Shown here one piece after another: positions 27,606 through 40,312 of a DNA stretch of 64,000 nucleotides. Position numbers and translations under genes: made by a program. This DNA is from Phoronis australis. Its lineage: Eukaryota > Animalia > Phoronida. Under the pieces are notes generated by a model. The model saw only the letters and a program-made list of their open reading frames with translations, ran no database searches and was not told where the DNA came from. Numbering within the stretch: the first letter of the stretch is position 1; every line of letters starts with the position of its first letter. The stretch is taken from positions 581,766 to 645,765 of the forward strand of contig NMRA01000034.1 of the NCBI GenBank assembly GCA_002633005.1. The letters are read 5' to 3'.

Positions 27606-28840
27606 TTACTTGGCGAAATAAATTTCGCCAAGTATATTGCTCTGACACTATGTTTGTTTTGTTTTTTTTTGTTTTTTTTTGTTTGTTCGCACGATACAGG
27701 TCGCAATTTTCGTCCGATCACCACGAAATTTACACATAATACGTACTTCCGGAAGTACTGGAAGCCTATTGTTTTTCGTCAAAATCGGATCCAAGATGGC
27801 GGCTGTGGCGGCCATTTTGTTTTCATTTAAAGGTTCAAATGCTTCTGGAGGCTACAATTTTTTACGTAAAAGGCTAAGAATCGGCACAGTAAGTGGACCG
27901 GAAGTTTGCTACAAGCATACCGGAAATTGTTTACTTCCGATTAAAGATGGCGGAAATATCGGCGATCGCGCATGCGCACCTCAATTTTGGCCTAAAAACG
28001 TTTTCTCCTGTAGAGGGCGCACTATAAGGCCAATTCCTTTGAAGTTTTACGGATATTAGTTTTTTGTGAAATGCTATTATATCAACCCAAAAAACCGGAA
28101 GTTGCATTCAAGATGGCGGATCTTGTGCATGTTGACCTATTTTCAGTCGTACGTAGATGCTATTTAAACGGGTGAAGGAAAAGACGTGAATTTTTGCATG
28201 TGGATTCTCTAAGGTATACTCTTTCAAATGACCTGTAACAATTTTTTTCTCAGACTTACCGTTTTCGAGTTATTTGACTTTGAATTTCTTAAAAAATAAG
28301 CAAAATTTCATTTTTTTCGAAAAATTTACGGAATTAGGCGATACCATCTGTTTAGATAGAATTTTGAACGGGCTTTCAGAAGATGTTTTCCATTTTTCGC
28401 TAGGACGTCTACTTTTCGAGTTATTTGAGATTTTCTGATAACGCTGTTCCTTTGTTGAGCGCTCTTGCTGCATTGATGTTGGTATATCCTCTTTTGAACT
28501 AGACTGTAGCCTATTTCTTATTGATTTATGACATCTAAGTTCGTCATATGAATGTTGTGATGTTGTTCATCATCGCCACCACCATTATCATATTCGTCAT
28601 CATCTTCGTCATCTTCGTCATCATCTCCGTCGTTGTCTTTTCCGTTATTTTCGCCAAGTGTCGCACAAGACTGTAGCCTTTTTCTTACTGATTTCGGACC
28701 TCTACGTTCGCCATGTGTATGTTATTAATACTTCTTTTTTTCACCATCGTCGTCATATTCGTCATTTTTGTCATCATCTTTATCGTCATCTTTTTGGTTA
28801 ATTTCGCCAAGGTTCGCTCCTCGGAGCGCTTTCATTTGTT
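27606..28840 (+). mobile_element. Full-length HINE/DINE-1-like element, family B
   Basis: 5' hairpin TACTTGGCGAAAT-aa-ATTTCGCCAAGTA, then a GTTT microsatellite. Perfect 11-bp subTIR CTTGGCGAAAT (27609) / ATTTCGCCAAG (28801). 3' hairpin CGCTCC-tc-GGAGCG and a ...TTGTT end. The 3' segment is duplicated (28501-28667 / 28668-28840). Confidence 0.78.
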
Positions 28841-28936
28841 GCATTCTTCACATCGTTGCTTGAAATCACTACTTCAAATCATTGTTTCAAATTATTGCAA
28901 CACTTGACAAAGAAACAGAATTTAATATACAATAGG

Positions 28937-29308
28937 AATTCTTCAGTTTGGGACAGTGAAAAATTAATTACTATGCTCAAGGTCAGACCCTCTACCGAAT
29001 TTTAGCAATAGGCAATAATGGCCGTCCCAAATTCAAAAATTTCAGTCAAAGACAAATGATCATTTATTCTGATATTACACATTATAAGGATTCATGAAAA
29101 CATTGAATCAGTAGCCATGTCTAACAATTTTATCAACGTCTAAGTCTATTTTCAGACCCTGTAGATACAAAGTACAGTGCACGATATTTCAGAAATAAGA
29201 TGAATGCCAAAATCTTCCATGTCCCAACCTTCAAAAAATCCAATTCTAGCTTAAATTGCAGTGTCACAAATTTTAGGGACTGTCCCAAACCGTAAACTTT
29301 TTACCATA
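28937..29308 (+). mobile_element. ~370-bp MITE (copies at ~36199-36570 and ~22090-22350)
   Basis: Left ttc..agtttgggacagtgaaaaattaat...gctcaaggtc, right actgtcccaaac...ttttaccata. Collinear among three copies. Confidence 0.7.
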
Positions 29309-29326
29309 ATTTAAGCAGACCGTATA

Positions 29327-31810
29327 CCGTAAACTTTCGGGTTAACGCCCATGGTCACTTAACCACCCATCCCCAACTTTGGATTTGAGATTTAAGCACC
29401 CACTGCTCGGCTAAGCGCCCCTCTGCAATTGTTTAAGATTTCCAGTTAAGCACACACCTCTCGGATAAGTGCCCATCCCCTACTTTTGAAGATTGATGAT
29501 TAAATGTCAGAGCTAAGGAAATGCGCGATTCCCTGACTTTTTAGATAAAGATCAATGATAACCATGAGTGCAACGATGGCCTCCGAGATGGTGGTTTGGC
29601 AATGTGAATTATAATACAAGTAACAAATTATGGTCCCGTGTCATGGATTTACTTCAAAACATAATACTTGAACACTTTGTCTCTTTATTTTCTTCCCATG
29701 TTTGCAAACTTTAAGAACCCAGCTGGCTTCAATACCTCTGCTTTCAGCGACGCAGTCTGGCGCACTAAGTTTCCAACTGAACTGCACTAAATAAAACATA
29801 TATTTGAAAATCAAGCCAGAGAAATGTGACAGTGGTTTTGCCTAACCTCACAATTTGCTTTAGGGGGGAACCACTAGGATTTTGAAGAATTCCAACTCAT
29901 TGAAAGATGACAAATATTCCCTGTTTCGATGAATGTAATTGCCGAGTTATCGAGGATATGCAGCGACCAAAGGGAAAGTGTGCCTCACCGCCACTCACGG
30001 TTAATTTGCTACCTCTCGATTTCGGAATTCAAAGGTTGGCAATACGTTACTGGATGTTTGTGTATCATCTTGAAGAAATAAAAAATGCAAGTCAAATTTT
30101 GTTTTTCGCTTATTCCATCTCAGTTAAAGTGGCGTTAATAGATATCACCAATGTCGCTGGTGGTTCTTTTATAATACAATTTCTTGCGACAAACCTCCTG
30201 CCTAGGCGTGACTACATGGATATCATTTCCACTGACCCTCTTTAGTCACCCGGAATAATTTGCTTCTACTTTTGCCAACTTCAGCCCGAACAAAACTCTT
30301 TCCATTCAAGTCTGAAATATCTAACCACAAATTGGTAGACTGACGAACAGGGGAGTGAAAATTGGCAGTAGTGAGGGGACGTGTAGCCTTAATGCAGCAG
30401 GCTATGGGCATGGAACATTGGGCCTGGAGAACATAAAGCCAAGGAAATATGGGTACAGAGTTGATATTGCTGTTCTGCATAACATTTTCGTCCCTTTATA
30501 CGCAAATTTGCAAAAGCAGCCAAAAAAATTAGCCAATAAAACATGTCAAAGATAGGTTCTGAATTATCCCACGTTCAGTTACCACCTACATAACAGTTTA
30601 CAAGCCAATGAAAGGGCTGTTCTCTGTTAGTGTTCAGCTTGATTTGGCAACATCCAACTAACACACATGAGTTGCGTTATGTTTGCCAGGTATTTTCTTG
30701 CCGCCAAAAACTCGACTCACGTATGTTGAAAATACCAGGCCGCATGTTGTGACTAGATACGAGATGACCAAAGTCTCAGCTCACATTTCCAAATGTCATG
30801 TCTCCAATGCGACCTGCAGGTTGTTATGCCGAGTACTGAGCCATGGTTGCAACAACACCGACTTTCGCGTACTCGGTAAGGACGCGTTGCTGGTTAGAGC
30901 TCGTCACTAATTTAGTCATATAGCAAACCACGGTACTGATTACCATACCTGAATAATTGGGGTTTCGTCTGTGAATTACTTTTACCGATGCATAAATGTG
31001 TACGAACTAATTTTCCCACTGAACAGGTTCACTAGACTCATCCCCATTCAAAGTCAATAGCATCCTTTTAAATAAAATCTTCAGTAAATACTTGTTCTTG
31101 AGTAATGCCTTTGCGGTAACTTTTGATTGACGACTGGCTCATGTCTGCTTACCTCCGATTCTTGTCTTTATTGCGTAGCATGTTTCACACAACGGGAAGT
31201 GAGCAATGCCGAGCGGTCGGGATAAGACAGCCGCATCCCAAACACAAAAAACACATTTGAATTAGTTTTTCAAACTTTTATTACAACTAACTTTTAAACT
31301 GCTCTCTGGCTCATTGAAAGCGAGCACGAGCATGAATTTAATCAGTGCTGCATGCGGCTTGTACGCGCACACTTCTGCCACCACGTGAGAATAGTTGCCA
31401 TCAAAGTGGAGTGCTGCATGCTCACTGGACATCTGCACACTACAGGCCTAACAAGACAGCCGGATGGCATAGTACTTACTCGCAGTTTTGTAAATTTAAT
31501 GTGATTGACTAATCTGAGGGCAACAGAACCTTTGTTGGGATCATCCGCTGTTATGACATTTTTATTGTCATTTGGAAACGTGGCGATAAAGCACTTTCCG
31601 AGCACCTGAGACATGGGAATTCAGATCATGAGGTAAGATTAACCACCCAGGGGTGGTTGTCTGTCGTAATAATCTCCCATGTTCAGTTAAGCACCCACCC
31701 ACAATTTCTTGAAATTTCACGTTTAAGAGCCCATATCTGGTTAACCGCCCATCACGAATTTTTGGTTTTGCCATTTCAACCGCCATGGGCTTTAAACCTA
31801 ACGTTAACAG
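29327..31810 (-). mobile_element. Decayed non-autonomous Tc2/pogo-like (Tc1-mariner) element
   Basis: TA|CCGTAAACTTTCGGGTTAACGCCC ... gggctttaaacctaacgttaacag|TA. Both ends are reverse-complement homologous to 40313-42018, with about 0.8 kb extra interior. Confidence 0.75.
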
Positions 31811-32552
31811 TATAAACTCGAACAGAAATCGCTCAAAAGTTGAGTCTTGCAGCAGAATTTTGAAGTAACACTTTAAAGACTTATTGGTTTTTGAAACACA
31901 AGATCTGTTGGAATTAAATGATTTACATAAGTCTTGGACATCCCAGGAGGCAAGACATAAGATGGCATTAACTTTAGAAACTTAAACGACTATACATAAG
32001 ACAGATGAAGGTTTGCAATTTACCTGCATTTTATATGTATGCACACAGTCTACAGTAATTCTAGATTATAAAGAAGTTATTTACTAAGATTAAAACTACA
32101 CTACTTGAATGTTAGACAAACTGTTCAACACAAGTCACTCAATACCAAAAAATTGCTTCAAGCAACGTGTGTCAACAATTAGTAAAACTTTAAATAACTG
32201 AAAGGGACATAACAAACACATGTCCTGTTGCTGAACTTCATAAGCAGAAAAGTTCAAATAAAACCAAAAATAGCTTAGTTGGTTATGGTCTGTACCCCGA
32301 CTCATTTTGAGATCTGTACTCAGCAAGTAAATAAAAAAGGCCCATCGCATTAATTTCACCCAAGGTTTCGTCCATTTTTCAAAAACCTGCACAAAGGCAT
32401 GTAAGCAAGGATATGCAAGCTTTGAAATGCCATGAATTGTCAAACGAGGAATAAAAAGTAAAAAATCCTGCATCATTTTTGCTCGTATGTGGATTTTCTT
32501 TTTTGAAAAAAAGAGCAACAAAATGCATACTGCAATTCCAGCTCAATTTTAA

Positions 32553-33986
32553 AACAACAGCAAAGCGTTGAAATGAACCCACGATTGCACTGTAACAATA
32601 TGCATCTAGAAGCGTTTATTAGTATCATAACACTGGCCACAACGTGATGCAGATTATGTTAAACCTGTAAAAAATGGGAAGGCATCGTCATTTCTCTAAT
32701 AGTAATCCATTTGCCTAATTTCATAAAAATCATCATGGAACTCTGAGGATAGAATTGCCACTAGGAGGTACAGTGGTACTTAAATCTGTCCAGAAGCAGT
32801 CCTCGTGTTCATAGAAATATACTTGTCAACTTTCATGAAGAGAGATGCAGCCGTGGACGCAATAACACAAAATTGCCACAAGAGTGCACCACACTACATG
32901 GACCCATTCAAAAATCAACGTCACTTGTTGTCTTCTGAGCAGAAACATGTCTGCCAATTTTCATGATAATCCTCTGAGCAGTTTGGCAGACACAGAGGCA
33001 GACACCAAAAAACAGACTTGTAAATATTAATAAAAACGGCCGCTGGTAGTGCACAATACCTCAAATTTGCCTGAAAATGGGAAAAGAGAAGTCATCGCCA
33101 AAATTCATAAATCTGTCAAGGAACTATGAAGAAACAGAAGTAAATGAAAAACATAAAATTGTCACTAGGGCAAACAAAGATAGTCAGACAGATCTGAAAG
33201 TCATTTCATCCGTCATCAAATCTGTAGAAAATTTCACAAAATCCTGCAAGCAATTAAGGAGATAAGCCATGGATGCAAAGAACAAGCAAAATTGCCACTA
33301 AGTGGCAAAAGAGAAGTCGGAAAGTCTGAAAATCAATGGCAGTCACGATTTTCCCAGCAAGAACACATCTGCCAATTTCCATAAGGATCACTCAAGTGGC
33401 GTGGCAGACAAAGAGTTGGACCACGAACTAGAGACTCATTGATAATAAAAATGGCCACCAGGTGGTGCTGAATACATCAAATCCATCCAAAACTGGGAAG
33501 GCACCGTCGTCCTCTTAACAGAAACCTATTTGTGAAGTTTGATGAAATACATCGAGGGCCTCCAAAGACATAGAGGACAATGTACTAGCCACTAGGGGGC
33601 CAGCAATATCCATACCTCTCTGAAAGTTGTCATCTGTCGTCATCTCCACAGGAACACATCTGCCAACCTTCACGATGATCCTCCCAGAGATTTTGGAGAC
33701 ACAGCTTTGGACATTAGACGCTCAGACGCCCAGACATAGATGATGGTAATATGCGCCTATGTATGTACATGTGGGCGCATAAAAACCAGATCCTGGACGG
33801 GGTTTAGGGGATACAGCAGCGGACACCGGATGTCCAGACAAAGATGACGGTAATATGCGCCTGTATGTGTTCAAGTGGGAGCATAAAAACCAGATACTGG
33901 ATGGGGTTTACGGGATACAGCAGTGGACACTGGATGTCCAGACAGAGATGACGACAATATGCACTGACATTTATGTGGGTGCATAA
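32553..33986 (-). mobile_element. HINE family A, second and more diverged copy with a triplicated terminus
   Basis: Starts aacaacagcaaagcgttgaaatgaacccacg (compare 2998). Has gccactagg sub-repeats. The terminal ...gtgggcgcataaaaa module occurs three times, ending at about 33785, 33889 and 33989. Confidence 0.72.
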
Positions 33987-34308
33987 AAACAGTAATGTAA
34001 TAAGTCAAAACACCTTTGCTAAACTGCAGTTATGAAAGTACCATACAATTTAGGACACAGTCTGACAGTCAACTGAAATCCTATTTTTTCCCGTTTTCGT
34101 ACAAGTTTTACAATCACAATTTATAGTTTCCATATCATTCTATATCTAACCAATCAGCACACAATATTTTGAAGGATTATGGGTAATGTGAGAAGCCTTT
34201 GAAGTTTGAAAAAATGGCCATTACAACAATTAATTTTGTCCAAAATGTGACTTACCACAAAATGGACCTGAGTACCCTGTTCCAAGCAATACACTTGTAT
34301 GGTAAGTA

Positions 34309-35430
34309 CCGTAATCGTTCGGGTTAACGCCCTGGGCGGTTAAATTGGCGAACCCAAAAAATCGGGGGTGGGCGGTTAACCAGACATGGGCGCTTAAACG
34401 TGAAATTTCAAGAAATCGGGGGGGGGCGGTTAACTGAACATGGGCGCTTATTACGACAGGCAACCGCCCTGGGCGGTTAATCTTACCTTATGATCTGAGT
34501 CACCACACGTACTAAGCCACATACTGGGATCGCCTAACACTTTGAAAAGAACTTTATCGCCACCAAGTGCGTACTCTGCGCACTCTAATTAACAAATAGT
34601 TTCGAAAATGTAGAGTGTGGTCAAACTCCGAACGCTTGCATANNNNNNNNNNNNNNNNNNNNNNNNNNNNNNNNNNNNNNNNNNNNNNNNNNNNNNNNNN
34701 NNNNNNNNNNNNNNNNNNNNNNNNNNNNNNNNNNNNNNNNNNNNNNNNNNNNNNNNNNNNNNNNNNNNNNNNNNNNNNNNNNNNNNNNNNNNNNNNNNNN
34801 NNNNNNNNNNNNNNNNNNNNNNNNNNNNNNNNNNNNNNNNNNNNNNNNNNNNNNNNNNNNNNNNNNNNNNNNNNNNNNNNNNNNNNNNNNNNNNNNNNNN
34901 NNNNNNNNNNNNNNNNNNNNNNNNNNNNNNNNNNNNNNNNNNNNNNNNNNNNNNNNNNNNNNNNNNNNNNNNNNNNNNNNNNNNNNNNNNNNNNNNNNNN
35001 NNNNNNNNNNNNNNNNNNNTGTAGACGCCAGCGCGGTTCCTAAAGTTTGCGAACATGAGAAGAAAAGAAAGTGACAAAGTGTTCAAGTATTACATTTTGA
35101 AGTTAATCGATGACCCGTTACAATAATTTGTTACTGGTATCATAATTCACATTGCTAAACCGCGGTCTCTGAGGCCGTCGTTGCACTCAATGTTATCATC
35201 GATCTTAATCTAAAAGGTCGGGGATTCGCGTTTCCTATTAGCACAGGGCGGTAATCACCAATCGTCAAAAGTAGGGGATGGGCGCTTAACCGAGAGGTGG
35301 GCGCTTAATTGGAAATCTTCAAAAATAGCAGGGGGGCGGTTAACCGAGCAGTGGGCGGTTAAATCGAAAATCCACCTAAAGTAGGGGTGGGCGGTTAACT
35401 GAGCATGGGCGTTAACCCGAACGATTACGG
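34309..35430 (+). mobile_element. Tc2/pogo-like non-autonomous element spanning an assembly gap
   Basis: Perfect 24-bp TIR CCGTAATCGTTCGGGTTAACGCCC, TA on both sides, subterminal GGGCG(G/C)TTAA arrays. Confidence 0.85.
34643..35019. other. Assembly gap (377 N)
   Basis: Run of n inside the transposon copy. The poly-X ORFs are artefacts of it. Confidence 1.
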
Positions 35431-36198
35431 TAAGATGTTATCTATAAATTTCAACAACTTCACTATCCACTAGGTTTCATTTGGTTATCTCAAGCTATTT
35501 AACAGATTTCCGGTAAACTAACGCTTCAGCCCCAGAAAACTAATTATCCAATAGTTGTGATTGATGATAAATAAAAACGAATGAATGCAGCCTATATTTT
35601 TTAACTTGATATGCAAACAGAATATCAGAATCAGTATTTATTTTCTAGTACTGACCAAAAATCTTAATCTTACAATGGCAACAAACGTAATTCTGATCAA
35701 TAACTAAGAAAGGACTGAATGTTTCTTACATTTTTCTCATTTGATATGATTACAGATATCATAATCAGTATTTGTTTTTAAGTATTTAGCAAAAAATTAC
35801 AATCTTACATAGCACAATATGTAAGCCTCATAAATAATGCCTAGGGCTGCCATTGACACAGAACATTACTGTTTTACTGTCTTTTAATAGAGGCAGTCAA
35901 ACTAAGCTGTCCACCTGTTATTTATAGGCACTGAGAAGTGAAAAATGGCCTTAACTGCATTTACATCCTTCCATGCTAGTCCAAGTGCATTGCCAGACCG
36001 TTTGAGTGACACATGTCGAGTTTGATTGTAAAAACATTTTGAAAATATTTCAGAACTAGTAAAAAATTTTAAAACAAAAAGGTAAATCTAAAAATCAAAA
36101 GAAACCACCAAAGACATATATTCAAAGCAATTATGGGACCAGTTGAGTTCAGAGATTAACAAATCCAACAAGAAAATTGCAAATTCTGTCACTTGCAT

Positions 36199-36570
36199 TA
36201 AAAATTCTCTAGTTTGGGACAGTGAAAAATTAATCATTTTGCTCAAGGTCGAGGCTTGTGCGAAATTTTAGAAATGGGCCATGTTGGCCGTCCCAATTTC
36301 AAGTATTATGGACAACAGCAAACATTCACTTGTCTAGATATTACACACTATAGTGACCCATAAAAATGTTGTGTCGGCAGCTAACTCACTATGACTTCAT
36401 GAACTGCCTAATCTATTGTCAGATTGACAATACAAAATGCAATATCCTACGTACATTTGAGACAAAATTGCCCGTGTTCCAATCTTCTAAATCAAGAAAT
36501 TCAATTTCGGATTAAATTTCAGTGTCCCAAATTTTAGAGACTGGCTCCAAACTAGAGAACTTTTACCATA
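36199..36570 (+). mobile_element. ~370-bp MITE, best-preserved copy
   Basis: Inverted ends aaaattctctagtttgg ... ccaaactagagaactttt. Confidence 0.7.
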
Positions 36571-39500
36571 ATAGACAAATTGATTTTTTGTTTTACATTC
36601 CATTCATTTACAAACAGACAAAAAATGAGTACAATTCTTATGAAAAACAGAATGTACAGTTTGATGACCTGCCAAACAAATTATATCTTTAGTCTCAAGC
36701 AGTTAATGAACTGTCAGGTTTTTCCCAACATCAAAACTTAATTCCAGTCTGCGAAAGAAACATGTTGAAGCCTTCACCCGCACATGGTCTAAATCTAAGT
36801 TTACTTTTTTGAGAGAAGGTAGGTGCAGTATTTCAAAAATTCACGTAAAATTGGACACTGTAGCTCTGATGGCTTTTAAGCTTATTTCGATCGCATTTCA
36901 GACGAAAGGAATATGATGAAAATTGAAATAACAATAATTCAGTTTTAACTTCTGCAGTATCAAAAATTCTAGAATGCTTATAAAAACGAATGAGAAGAAA
37001 ATGCAACTATAAATCGAAAAATAAAAATTGGTTTTCATAACTAAACGAGAATAGTGTTAGCAATTCTATAAAATTCTACAAAACAGTGCCGATGTCATAG
37101 CTATAGACACCTGCACACCACAGTATAAGAAAATCATCCTATGTCGGTACACTTATTAGACGCCTATCCTTTTCGCATGGACTTTCTTCTCCCATTCCCA
37201 CGATCTATTATTTTACAACAAGTCTGACCACAAATGAAATCAGCTCCCCATTAACCCAGCTAATTTAGAAGAATAACAAATTGTAGCATAACAACAAAGC
37301 CTGTTTCCTACTTGACTAATAAATCTAACATGTGCCCACTTATAATGACCATCCAATACAGAATCTATGGCATGGTTACAGATCAGGAACAGAGTGGTTG
37401 ACTCCATAGTCACCAGGTGGTGCTGTTGAGGAAGAATGTACAGACAGCGCAAAGTAGATGATCAGCAAGGATGTGTTTGCCTGGTACAGATCTCAAATGA
37501 CCACATGAATGCAGGCATTTCTACTAGTAAAGCTCCTTTTTCACTTGCACCACCAAGTAAATTTCGAGTTCCCAATATCACCTGACTATGCGCTCGATCG
37601 ACCACCACAACCACCCCCATAGTCGTGAATTCAGTAGCCCAAAAGCTGCCATATTACGCATCTAAAGCCTTCTGTGAATTGCCACAGTGCCTCTGTGAAT
37701 TCAAAGACACTTAACAAAAATGCAGCATACTGGTTGCCATGGTGGCCATCATTTCACATCAAAAGTTTTGTGTTAAACAATGAGTGCACAATGGTGACAA
37801 AACCTCTCTCGGTGGTCTTTGGCATTCCAGTATCATTAATTCAAATCACCATGAAATTCTAAGACAATGTACAGGTTACAGGCAAACTTAACTGAATCGT
37901 AATTAGAAAATTTAGAATTCTAAAAATCAGTTTAGTTTTTCTATATCCATTTACTTAAATAAAACATCACGTGAGTATGATCTTCCAAACTATATCTATC
38001 TTAAAGACATTTCGTAAATTACAATCCTGCGTGTATTTGTGAGGTCAGACTTCACTAAATATGACTACACATTCGGGTCTGTCTTGTGTAGCTTCAAGTG
38101 CATTAAATGGCGTGCAAAAACGCAACATCAATTACCTTGTCATAATTTTTAAAACAAATTAAAAGGTTATAACTCTCAGTTACAACCTTCTACTAGGATG
38201 TTTTAGCGAGAGGTTATAACCATTGTAACTCTGAGTGAACACGGCAGTTGTAAAAGTTGTAACTCCGTAGGTGGAGCTACCATCAAATCTCTTTGAAAGC
38301 AAAGGCACACAGAGGCACTAACTACAGTGAATCAGAAAGAGGTGACAATGACCACTAGTGACTAAAATCCACAAACTAGGATTACAACAGTTTCAACTGT
38401 CATTAAGAACAATTATAACAATTACATAACAGTTATAACTATTGAAAGAATTGCAATCTGGTTTAGTAGGTCTGAACACAGCTTTTTTCTAACCAACATA
38501 TAACTTCTATGCAACTGTGCCTTGTGAACTGCATTACATAAAACTTCAAAACTGGGAGTTTTGTAGTTATATGCAACGCTGTTCATTCCAGACAAGTTTG
38601 ATGATTGCACAACTTCACATTGTTCAACAATGGTAATGTGACGCTTGACGATGCCCATTTGTTACAAAATTGTACGATAAGGTTTTTAACCAGGACACAA
38701 AAAGCATGGAAAAACAATACTGAAGCATATATATTAAAAACTGATTTTTATTGCCACAGAAGTGTCAAAAATAGCAAGACTGGGCAAAGAATAATGCTAT
38801 AACCCAATGACATGTGTTCTCGGAATATCCGGAAAATAATAGGTAACAGAAACGACTGTTAGTCACAAACATAATGTTAGACAGTTAGCTGGAGCTTTAG
38901 AACTCAATGACACTCATTATGTCTCACCACAAGTAAAATTGGCTTAAACATTTTAAAAAGCCCTCCGGTCATAAAGTCCATGGACTGCTATAAGACAAAA
39001 GGTGTAGGTAACAGTACTAAAACAGACATTCCAATAGCACAATAATTTGATAAATCTCGCCAATTTTGGCCAGGTAAAATTCCTTTTTTCCATGAAGTGA
39101 CATTATGCTTTACTATTTTTCAAGTTGTGTACCATAGCTATTAAGAAATTATGAAACAGTTCAATGACACAGAAGGCTAAAGATGGCAGAACATTTACGA
39201 AATCAGCAAGCTACAGAGATATAATCAACATAATCATAGAACAAATGATTTTCAGGAATTAGCATGCTTTACATAAGGAAGAAAAATCAGTGCTTCCTTT
39301 GAAATAGTCTTAATTGTCTATGCTTGGTAGAGTGGATGGATTCCCTACGTCATGGTACAATCATGAGAATCAAGTGACAAAAAATTAATGTTGCCCAAAA
39401 ATATCCTTGTTGATGATGACATGAGAAAGAAGAAGAAAACAAAACAATTACTCAATAAAATTGAAAGGGTTTGATTAAGAATTTCTGGTTTTCGTGTGTA

Positions 39501-39859
39501 CTATAGGTAACTGTTGTTATCAGCTGAGCGGACAGTTGGTTGGATATTGAAAATGACTATACAAGCCAATGTGTAAACTGTCAGAGAGGTTGTCTAAAAT
39601 AAACCTCCTTAAGTGCTTAGCACTGACAACTATCAGACAAATATTTGATTGCAAATATTTCCAAGCTGAATCACATTAAGGGTGAAGAAAAAAACTGAAA
39701 GTTACATAAAAATGGCTGCGCACGCACAGCAGTGGCTGTAAAATGGGTGAAAGAGAAGGGCCATTCTAACAGAGCCTATAAGGTGCAGTGCTTAAGGTTA
39801 TCAGTGTAGGACCTTAACCACAAGTGTGTGTATTCAGCCAAATATTGAGAAAGCTATGA

Positions 39860-40297
39860 TCTTAACTGGCTAAAAGTACATATTTTATGAAAGTAGGAAG
39901 ACTACAGAGCTTGATTTTCAACTTCATACTGATTAATTGGGTCAGTAAAATTTAGCGAAGAAAGAAAGGTACATTCATAGCAAAACAACAGTATTGATAA
40001 CATGAACAAAGTTTGTTTGATGTAAATATTTAAGAGGAAATCTCGAAAATGCTGTTATAGTTTTCTAAATCATCATTTTGATTTTGTTTCATGCATTTTT
40101 TCTCATAAAACTTAATAGTCCTATTTACTGATAGCTCCTTATGCAAAAGTGGAACCAGGAAACAATTACTAAAGAATTTTATAGAATGAACTATGAAGCA
40201 TAGGATCTGAAAATTTCATATGAATCCGAATAACCATTTCTGCGATATGATATTCTGAAGTTAGTCAAATCTAGAATTTTTAAAGGTCTACATAACC
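39860..40297 (-). mobile_element. Kolobok-like MITE (family of 45665-46163; partial copy ~23570-23835)
   Basis: Ends ggtctacataacc|TTAA. Interior is reverse-complement similar to 45665-46163. Confidence 0.5.
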
Positions 40298-40312
40298 TTA
40301 AAGCATATTATA

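Noticed and set aside
28713-28907. Hydrophobic membrane-protein-like ORF (also 54082-54294)
   Set aside because: Translation of (TCA/TCG)n and (TAT)n low-complexity repeats.
29900-30900. Extra interior of the longest Tc2-like copy as a transposase remnant
   Set aside because: No HTH or DDE motifs recognised in the frames inspected.
34589-35086. Three long ORFs in the track
   Set aside because: They consist of X residues translated from the N gap.
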